Assembly (NCBI GenBank): GCA_030765405.1
Contig: JAVCCP010000079.1
Span: 1 to 33,186, forward strand
Length of the DNA: 33,186 bases
Direction of reading: 5' to 3'
Origin: Candidatus Ancaeobacter aquaticus
Lineage (GTDB): Bacteria > Auribacterota > Ancaeobacteria > Ancaeobacterales > Ancaeobacteraceae
This document shows, piece after piece, positions 26,593-33,186 of this stretch (within the stretch, counting starts at the first letter, position 1; the number at the start of each line of letters is the position of its first letter). Position numbers and translations under genes: made by a program. The notes under the pieces are model-generated. The model was given only the letters and a program-made list of their open reading frames with translations. It was not told the DNA's origin and did no database searches.

Positions 26593-28422
26593 TTAATAAG
26601 AGTTTCCCGATTTTTTTATTACCGCTGTAAATATTTCGGCATATAATTCCACTTTGCTCTCTCCCACTCCAAAAACGTCCGCGAATTCTTCTCTGGTCAC
26701 TGGCTTTTTCAATGCCATATCCTTTAAGGATTTATCACCAAAGATAATATATGCCGGAACACGCTTCTTCTGAGCAAGTTTTGCTCTTTCTTCACGCAGC
26801 AAACTGAATAACTCGCGATCAATACCACTCCAATCCATCTCGCGGCTTTCCCTTTGCCTTTTTGCAATCTCTTTCTTTCTTACCGTTATTAACGGCTTAG
26901 CCAAAACAGGCGTTTTTTCAGCGCGCAATACCTGCCTGCTTGAATCTGTAAGCGAAAGCGTTGAATAATCCATATCTCTCTGTAAAAAACCCTGCCCTAT
27001 CAACTGTTCGATCATATAACGTATAAAAACAACCGATTCATCGGCCATTAAGCCAAATGTTGACAAATTCTGATCTCCCCTAGACATAATCTGTTCGATC
27101 TTCTTTCCCTGCAATACCGAAACAATATAGTCAGCTCCAAACCCGTAATCTCTACCCATCCTCACTCTTGCCACACAAGATAATATCTTCTGGGAAACTA
27201 TCAGCGCGCCATCAACCATATCAAGTTCATTCAAACAATAGTCGCATGCATCACAAGAACCATCCCGATAGTTCTGCCCAAAATAGTTTACCAAAACTTT
27301 ATGCCGGCATTTTGGACACGTGCAAAAATTATAAAATAAACTTAACTTATCCATCATGACTTTTTGATTAGGAGACTCACCAATGAAAGAACTCAAAGTA
27401 CGATAGTCATTTCCTCCATAAAACATATAGCAATACGAGTTAAGTCCATCACGACCGGCACGGCCAGTTTCCTGATGATAGTGTTCGATACTTTTTGGCA
27501 TCGCCGCATGGATCACAAAACGGATATTGGAACGATCAATACCCATCCCAAAGGCCACCGTCGCCACAATTATGTCTACCTCCTCAAGTGCAAATTTATC
27601 CTGATGCTGCCTGCGCATATCATCCGAAAGACCGGCATGATAAGGCAGGTTTTTATAACCGAGAAGGTTCAATTGTTTTGAAATTTTATCTACATCGTTT
27701 CGACGCAAACAATAAATAATCCCTGCCTCATCCGGATGTTTTTCCAGGACATCTTTTATCTGATTTATGATTTTAGAACGTGGTCTTATGCGATAGGTTA
27801 AATTTGCGCGGTCTAACCCTCCGATATGCATACCGGGTTCATGCAATCCAAGCTGTTGAACTATATCACGCTGAACTTCCTCCGTGGCTGTAGCGGTAAA
27901 GGTATGAACATTAATCCCTTCAAACCACTCCTTAATAATCTTCAGGTTTCGATAATCTGCCCTAAAATCATGTCCCCAGTGACTAATGCAATGCGCTTCA
28001 TCGATAACAAAAAATGAAAGTGGAACTGATTTTAAAAGAGTAACCGCCGCATCATTTTGCAACCGTTCAGGAGAAATATATAAAAGTTTCACCTCACCAT
28101 TTTGGATCTTTTTTATTACTGACGCGCGCTCTTTTGCCTTCTGACTGGAATTTAAATACGCCGCGGAAATACCCATATCTACAAGACTGTCAACCTGGTC
28201 TTTCATAAGTGAGATCAAAGGTGAAATAACGACAGCCATACCGTCCTTAAGCATCGCGGGAAGCTGAAAACATAGTGACTTCCCTCCCCCAGTTGGAAGC
28301 ATAACCAAAGTATCCTGCCCTTTCAAAATCGATGAGATCACATCTTCCTGCAAAGGACGAAACAAAGTATATCCCCAGTACTGCCTCAAAGCCGCATATA
28401 TTTCATCCATTTTCTGCATCAT
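26593..28422 (-). CDS. recQ: ATP-dependent DNA helicase RecQ (helicase + RQC + HRDC)
   Basis: PTGGGKSLCFQ, IDEAHCISHWGHDFR, ATVAFGMGID, QETGRAGRDG, CDACDYC, HRDC VPAYIIFGDKSL. Confidence 0.96.
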   Translation of the reverse strand: MMQKMDEIYAALRQYWGYTLFRPLQEDVISSILKGQDTLVMLPTGGGKSLCFQLPAMLKDGMAVVISPLISLMKDQVDSLVDMGISAAYLNSSQKAKERASVIKKIQNGEVKLLYISPERLQNDAAVTLLKSVPLSFFVIDEAHCISHWGHDFRADYRNLKIIKEWFEGINVHTFTATATEEVQRDIVQQLGLHEPGMHIGGLDRANLTYRIRPRSKIINQIKDVLEKHPDEAGIIYCLRRNDVDKISKQLNLLGYKNLPYHAGLSDDMRRQHQDKFALEEVDIIVATVAFGMGIDRSNIRFVIHAAMPKSIEHYHQETGRAGRDGLNSYCYMFYGGNDYRTLSSFIGESPNQKVMMDKLSLFYNFCTCPKCRHKVLVNYFGQNYRDGSCDACDYCLNELDMVDGALIVSQKILSCVARVRMGRDYGFGADYIVSVLQGKKIEQIMSRGDQNLSTFGLMADESVVFIRYMIEQLIGQGFLQRDMDYSTLSLTDSSRQVLRAEKTPVLAKPLITVRKKEIAKRQRESREMDWSGIDRELFSLLREERAKLAQKKRVPAYIIFGDKSLKDMALKKPVTREEFADVFGVGESKVELYAEIFTAVIKKSGNSY

Positions 28423-28584
28423 CTATATCCTTATTTCTTTCGTCTATGAGAGAACAATCCATTCTATTGGGTAAGATTATTTATCGCTATTCTAGGAGTT
28501 GTTATCTTCTAAATTGGTTAGCCATTATCAACACAATTACGTTTCAGCTATTTATCAGTATATGAGTTAAGAAGAGTTTCCGGT

Positions 28585-29379
28585 TTATTGTTTTACTACA
28601 ATAGCATATTTCAATGAACGCACAATTTTTCTCGATGCAACCCAAAAACCGACATTGTCATCATTAGGATTATTACTTTTCGTTATCCACCCTGATACCC
28701 TCATAGATTTATCAAGTACAATACCTATAGACGGTGCATTCTTTTTCCAATTTGAGGAACCTCCCCGCAGCCCAAAATTTTTTCCGCTGGACGGTATCTG
28801 TTTCAACCATCCCTCTCCAGGAATAGAATATCTTTTTTTTCCAACATAAGCTTTGTTTGTATCCCATACATCTTTTGATATATGCATTGATGAAAGCATA
28901 ATTGGTTTATAGGTTTCGTATCTATGGCTTTTATCAAGTTTTACATCTCCCTCGACTTGCACATTCACTTTAGCAACAAATACGTTCTTTCGAGGTGGTA
29001 AGAGTTTTATTCTCCCTTCCGCCTGCAGTCCCGCAATGCTTCCTTTAAAATTAACAACAGCATCCTTTCCTTCAATTTTCCAGGTATAACTTATCCTGGC
29101 ACCTTGATAATATCTGCTTTTAGTCCAAAAAGAAGGCATCAATATTACCGATGTTCCCCATCCCGCCTTCGGGCTGTAAACCATGCGAAAATAGCTACTG
29201 TCAACATGCAGTGCTGCATATTGGGCTTTACCTGTATCTGACTGGTAATAAATTTCAACGATATTGCCCTTTTGCCTGATTTCCCATGTATTCGATTCCG
29301 CGCAATTGCCCGTACCGAATGTCACAAGTAGTAAAATCCCTAGACAAATAAAAATTATACTTTTTTCTATCAGCTTCAT
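28585..29379 (-). CDS. Hypothetical exported protein (264 aa, beta-rich)
   Basis: Long ORF with SD GGGGGA and an N-terminal hydrophobic signal. No family recognised. Confidence 0.8.
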   Translation of the reverse strand: MKLIEKSIIFICLGILLLVTFGTGNCAESNTWEIRQKGNIVEIYYQSDTGKAQYAALHVDSSYFRMVYSPKAGWGTSVILMPSFWTKSRYYQGARISYTWKIEGKDAVVNFKGSIAGLQAEGRIKLLPPRKNVFVAKVNVQVEGDVKLDKSHRYETYKPIMLSSMHISKDVWDTNKAYVGKKRYSIPGEGWLKQIPSSGKNFGLRGGSSNWKKNAPSIGIVLDKSMRVSGWITKSNNPNDDNVGFWVASRKIVRSLKYAIVVKQ

Positions 29380-29532
29380 TGTTCCCCCATTTTAAAGATA
29401 ATACTTCATTATTCTTACTGTTTTTATGAAAATGTTTTCAAGTTTACAATCTGGTTTTTTTATTTTATTGCAATTTTTATAGGCTTCACTCAAATCACAT
29501 TGTATCTATTAATCAACGAATAACTTAAAAAG

Positions 29533-29550
29533 AGTGTCCTGATTTTTTTT
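29533..29550 (-). repeat. Possible degenerate element end: A8-TCAGGACAC
   Basis: Minus strand AAAAAAAATCAGGACACT. It has the same A-run followed by GG(A/T)CA(C/G) layout and the same orientation as the ends at 31.7-31.9 kb. Confidence 0.35.
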
Positions 29551-29701
29551 AGAATCATACTAAAACAATCAGTGGTATAAGCAACAACCATATCGATCCT
29601 TTCGTACATATCGTACTCTCTCATTCACTATTGGCGCTTATTGCCCACATTAGTTTGTCTTTTAGTATTAATCTGTACTAAATGGTTGCTGTACCAATTC
29701 A

Positions 29702-30565
29702 TTATAACTTTTCTTCGATCATATGAACCTTCAGGATCCATGGCTCATAGCGGCTGCCATAAGCTAATTCAACCGTGAAGCGGGGTAATTTCGGTTCTCT
29801 GCTGTCGATTTTATCATGAAATAAGATCACGTCAAACACTATCCTCTTATCCAGAGGCACATGAATACTATTCACACTAATATCCGTGACAATCCCGTAT
29901 ACTTCACTGTTTTCTTTCCCATAATTATAACTCGGCCGCACCATACCGTTGGTAATAATGAACCGTGATCGGTCAGAATATTTTTCTCTCAACAATTGCG
30001 CATCAAGGCCAGCATCGATCGCGAAAAGACGGGATTCTGATTTGTATTCTTCCTCCAGCTGTTTTTTCACATATTTAAAATTATCACGAGCCCTTTTACT
30101 CTCACTGTTCTTTTCGTACGCGCTTTGCGCCTCAGCAAAATGCTGCTGCGCCCTTCTCAAAGATTCCTTATAGAGATCACCGTTATATTCAAGCACAATA
30201 AACACCTGTTTTGGTATAGCCCTTTTGAGTTTTCTTTTATTTTTCACGCTAGTAACATCACCATCTATTTTGAATCCCAATTCATTCAGTTTTTGCAAAT
30301 CGAACCACTCCGGAGAAGACCAGTGACCATACGTGAAATCCTTATCAACTTTCCCCAATGTTCTCCACGATAAACGAAGAGCCAGACCGCTATTTTCTTC
30401 ATCAATACTGTACGGAAGACGCAATTCTCTTTCGGTTAATTCTGTGACCGATTCCGGCTGCCCAGAACGGTTAGATACAATAAACAAAAAGACTACGCTG
30501 TTTGCAGCAATGATCACCAGCACGCCAAGCACAAATAATTTATGTATTGGTAACAATATTTTCAT
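29702..30565 (-). CDS. DUF4824-family protein
   Basis: N-terminal TM, then NRSGQPES..ELTERELRLP, ENSGLALRL.WR, WFDLQKLNELGF, SRLFAIDAGLD..LREKYSDRSRF; ATGA overlap with the DUF2157 gene. Confidence 0.85.
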   Translation of the reverse strand: MKILLPIHKLFVLGVLVIIAANSVVFLFIVSNRSGQPESVTELTERELRLPYSIDEENSGLALRLSWRTLGKVDKDFTYGHWSSPEWFDLQKLNELGFKIDGDVTSVKNKRKLKRAIPKQVFIVLEYNGDLYKESLRRAQQHFAEAQSAYEKNSESKRARDNFKYVKKQLEEEYKSESRLFAIDAGLDAQLLREKYSDRSRFIITNGMVRPSYNYGKENSEVYGIVTDISVNSIHVPLDKRIVFDVILFHDKIDSREPKLPRFTVELAYGSRYEPWILKVHMIEEKL

Positions 30566-31653
30566 TCTGCCACCTCTTCCGTTTTCTTCGTCGCGTCATT
30601 ACGGAGCCGTTTAAAAATAAGTAATATCAAAATTGCCGTAAGTGCGATAATAAGGAAAAATACATACTTCGGCATCCATTCCCACCACCAGTCAAAAAAT
30701 TTGGTGTACAGAAAGGTTAATAAGAAAAAATATCCTGTATTCACAACTTCCGGCCAACTTTTCCTGATGCCAAACCATATAGCAATTGAGCTAAAAACAA
30801 AACCGATCGTCTGATATATGCTTTCTATAACATGCTGCGAGATATTCAAATAACTGATCGCGCCCCAATTAGACAATACCAGGATAGGCATAAAAAATAA
30901 CAACATTCCAAACACACGGTAGATTACGTCAAAACCTGAAAACTTCTTATGGGGGATTAACGGTACAAAAAACAATAAAACAGCTGTAGGCAAGAAATTC
31001 TCCGGTCGCACTCCAAAATAAAACCAGTAAAATCCAAACCAGGCACCCATTCGCGCAGACAAAAAACACGCTATACAGACAATACCCGCGATCAAGAGCA
31101 GTGTTGTATTCGTAGCATACGCAAGCATGAAGGCGAAAACAGCCCATACTGCGAATGCAGTATCTGACGGTGTCATATTGAATATTTGCCCGAGCATAAC
31201 AATATTCAGGACAAAACATGAAAAACAAACCATTCCAAACAGCTTTGAAAAATAACCTGTTTTTTCACGATTTGCGGCCAAGACAGTGATAATAAGAGTT
31301 ATAAACGGTACCGCTGTCAATATAGATACCTGTATCCCGGTTGAGAACCGTCCCCAAAATTGGTAAAATAGGAAGAATACGCTCGCCGCCAATCCGAGAG
31401 CGCCCAAAAGAGAAGCAACCTTCATTCCGAGGCTAAGTTGTTTCTCACGCTTGTTTGAATCAATATCATATATGCTCGACATTTGTGATATAAGATTTTC
31501 ATGGTAATCGGTAACACCACTACGCTGCTCCTCATCAATCAATAGAATCTTTTCATTTTCAAGAAGCTCTAATTCCGCCTGAAAACACCTAATCTGATCC
31601 GCCCGCCGCTGAGCATCAGCTTTTGACTCAACATTTTTTGGCAATCTTTTCAT
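30562..31653 (-). CDS. DUF2157 domain-containing multi-pass membrane protein
   Basis: About 10 TM segments, with ASLLGALGLAASVFFLFYQFW and LNIVMLGQIFNM...AFAVWA motifs; usual partner of DUF4824/GDYXXLXY proteins. Confidence 0.85.
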   Translation of the reverse strand: MKRLPKNVESKADAQRRADQIRCFQAELELLENEKILLIDEEQRSGVTDYHENLISQMSSIYDIDSNKREKQLSLGMKVASLLGALGLAASVFFLFYQFWGRFSTGIQVSILTAVPFITLIITVLAANREKTGYFSKLFGMVCFSCFVLNIVMLGQIFNMTPSDTAFAVWAVFAFMLAYATNTTLLLIAGIVCIACFLSARMGAWFGFYWFYFGVRPENFLPTAVLLFFVPLIPHKKFSGFDVIYRVFGMLLFFMPILVLSNWGAISYLNISQHVIESIYQTIGFVFSSIAIWFGIRKSWPEVVNTGYFFLLTFLYTKFFDWWWEWMPKYVFFLIIALTAILILLIFKRLRNDATKKTEEVAE

Positions 31654-31695
31654 CTATTTTACTCTCCACCAAATTTCTTGGTAATACCGAAAAAC

Positions 31696-31719
31696 AGTTC
31701 TCAATCCGTCCCCAGAACT
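31696..31719 (-). repeat. Element-end-like hairpin motif AGTTCT-GGGGACGGATTG-AGAACT
   Basis: GGGGAC core inside a 6-bp inverted repeat; near-identical copy at 1727-1745. Confidence 0.55.
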
Positions 31720-31739
31720 ATAATGCAATATAACAAATT

Positions 31740-31765
31740 AAAATTCACAATTCAAGACCTGACCC
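31740..31765 (-). repeat. 26-bp terminal-repeat copy, perfect inverted repeat of 32508-32533
   Basis: AAAATTCACAATTCAAGACCTGACCC is the exact reverse complement of GGGTCAGGTCTTGAATTGTGAATTTT; it is followed by T8. Confidence 0.95.
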
Positions 31766-31771
31766 TTTTTT

Positions 31772-31873
31772 TTAATAATCTTGTGATGTTTCGAATACAG
31801 TCTGTTTATAGTTGCCTCTTTGAGTTATGTGATGCGGTAATTTTGGAATTATTACTCTAGATTGCCTCGGCAT
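31772..31873 (-). pseudogene. 5' fragment (33 codons) of a second RAYT-like HUH transposase
   Basis: Hand translation gives MPRQSRVIIPKLPHHITQRGNYKQTVFETSQDY*, matching the typical RAYT N-terminus MPRxxR...PHH(I/V)TQRGNxRQxxF...DY. It stops at the A-run junction before the HUH motif. Not in the ORF track. Confidence 0.88.
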
Positions 31874-31893
31874 AAACTAATTTTCCTTCTAAT

Positions 31894-31916
31894 AAAGGGC
31901 GCTGTCCCCTTTTTTT
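31894..31916 (-). repeat. Element end of the truncated transposase (A7-GGGGACAGCGCCCTTT); also forms a small hairpin or terminator
   Basis: GGGGACAG core about 30 bp upstream of the fragment's ATG; AAAGGG/CCCTTT inverted repeat with a 7-nt loop. Confidence 0.65.
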
Positions 31917-31920
31917 CTTT

Positions 31921-32223
31921 TTAATTCGACCTCTTCAATCTTCTTATTAATTTACTTATACCCCAAGCAAAAAAATACCCTATTAAAAACCACTCTATAA
32001 TGCCTATAATTACACTTATTATATTGTATCCATAATAAGTCCACAAACGTACACCTGTAATATCAGAAAAGAGAAGAGAAGCAAAAACATTAATACCATC
32101 AACCCATAACAGATTCATTGTTGGTTCTTCCCCGGCGGCAAAGAAACTATAATATATCGTTAATCCGATATAAAGCGATGATAAAGTTAAACCAATAATT
32201 ACTTTTTTATTTAGAGGTCTCAT
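31921..32223 (-). CDS. Small membrane protein (100 aa), immunity-protein-like
   Basis: Two or three hydrophobic helices and a basic C-terminus; starts 3 bp after the upstream ORF. The immunity role is inferred from context only. Confidence 0.7.
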   Translation of the reverse strand: MRPLNKKVIIGLTLSSLYIGLTIYYSFFAAGEEPTMNLLWVDGINVFASLLFSDITGVRLWTYYGYNIISVIIGIIEWFLIGYFFAWGISKLIRRLKRSN

Positions 32224-32226
32224 ATA

Positions 32227-32499
32227 TCAAGTTCTTTTATTGTTTCCTTTATTTGCATTACTTCCACCACCTTCACCGCTTCCAGCATCATTATTACCTT
32301 TATTATTTTTGTTCATATATTCCAATGCTTCCTGCATATCTCTTGGAAACATATCCGGATACTCAAACCAATTGCTCGGCTCAGATTGTACTACTAATCC
32401 ACCCGTTTTGTAGCTATCGTATCCAAATCCACAACAATTGCTTTCATACTTATCATATCCATAACCACCCTTACTATACATTTTATTCATATTTCCCAT
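32227..32499 (-). pseudogene. Probable C-terminal fragment of a polymorphic-toxin-like protein (90 aa ORF)
   Basis: Starts 7 bp after the transposase end repeat, with no SD. GYDKYESNCCGF...TGGL resembles the YxxxxxNCxxF...GG motif of permuted papain-like/NlpC-P60 toxin tips. Asn/Gly low-complexity tail. Confidence 0.45.
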
Positions 32500-32506
32500 A
32501 CGAATT

Positions 32507-32533
32507 GGGGTCAGGTCTTGAATTGTGAATTTT
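32507..32533 (+). repeat. Terminal repeat of the RAYT-like element (GGGGTCAGGTCTTGAATTGTGAATTTT), overlapping the transposase stop codon
   Basis: GGGGTCAG terminus; the transposase's last codons and TGA lie inside it; inverted copy at 31740-31765. Confidence 0.85.
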
Positions 32534-33186
32534 TCAAAATTTTACTGACTGTTGAATAATGTACATTTAAATGCTCACCTATTTCTTTCAATGTATACCC
32601 ATGTTCGATATGGCTTAACGCAATCTTTTTATTTCTTTCTACCCTACTCTTAACACCATCAAAAATATCCCTCAACGGTGGTCTGCACGCATATCTTTCT
32701 TCTCGACTAATCTCTTTTTCATCACCCAATATTTTAAAGTGTTTTTCTATCCCCTTAATAAAATCTCTGTCGCCTAAAAATACCCTGCTTTGTAGTTTGC
32801 CCCATAAAGAATCTTTTTGCCCTGTTCCTTCTTTAACAAATTCTACATAGGCTTTTTTTGCCGTTTTAATTTCAGTGTGAAATTCATTGAGAATAAAACT
32901 CGAGCTAATTATTGATCCATCCCTTACGTTTTTAATTGTATCCGCATAACTACTCCACTTCCATTCCTCTACCTTCTTTACCATTCTTGCCCGTACAGGA
33001 TTCAATACAATATAACGACACACCTCTAATAAATAATTATCCTTATCTACTAAAATTGATTTATATCTTCCTTGAAATACATGACCAACCTTTCGATAAC
33101 AACGGTTAAAAGATTGGGTGTATATTCCATTAAGTTGTCGCATAAATAATGAAAGATTACTTTCTGGGGTTTCAATCAATAGGTGA
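32511..33186 (-). mobile_element. RAYT-like HUH (Y1, IS200/IS605-superfamily) tyrosine transposase with C-terminal HTH; 5' part outside the window
   Basis: The frame is open to the edge (..H-L-L-I-E-T-P, second His of HUH at 33185-33183). Motifs: NLSLFMRQLNGIYTQSFN, GHVFQGRYKSILVD, RYIVLNPVRA (catalytic Tyr), WKWSSY, and HTH GYTLKEIGEHLNVHYSTVSKIL. Confidence 0.95.

Noticed and set aside
28423..29701. Integron attC sites in the spacers of the accessory region
   Set aside because: No convincing RYYYAAC...GTTRRRY pair with an internal imperfect palindrome was found, and no integron integrase is in the window.
31678..32528. + strand ORFs 31678..31860 and 32253..32528
   Set aside because: They are antisense to the RAYT fragment and toxin-like ORF and read through the repeat motifs, with no SD or family features.
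33177..33186. TTG 33179 as the transposase start
   Set aside because: The frame stays open to the window edge, and the HUH His lies upstream of it, so the gene is 5'-truncated by the window.

Overview
AT-rich bacterial chromosome segment with almost every gene on the minus strand. The gene order and content suggest a diderm, possibly PVC-group/Omnitrophota-like lineage, but this is only an impression. Left (1-7.1 kb): a >=500-aa secreted coiled-coil/(AKKAAI)n/TPR protein that the ORF track misses, two hypothetical proteins, and an Mla/MCE-type ABC operon whose only ATPase looks catalytically degenerate. Middle (7.1-24 kb): the housekeeping run rplU-rpmA-obgE-proB-proA-nadD-rsfS-argS, divergent hemW, a lipoprotein alpha/beta-hydrolase, and a GH144-TPR / polyprenyl-P sugar transferase / wecB cluster. 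Right (24-33.2 kb): an accessory region with an AAA+DUF4143 ATPase, a TPR pseudo-archaemetzincin, recQ, DUF4824+DUF2157 and a toxin-tip/immunity-like pair. It ends in a RAYT-like HUH (Y1) transposase cut by the window edge. The main signal is a stack of short GGG(G)WC-type element ends downstream of this transposase. These include a perfect 26-bp inverted repeat, a second beheaded transposase, A7-8 runs at the junctions, and an orphan copy 30 kb away. Together they suggest an HUH-transposase-driven cargo or cassette-stacking locus. No rRNA, tRNA or CRISPR array was recognised.
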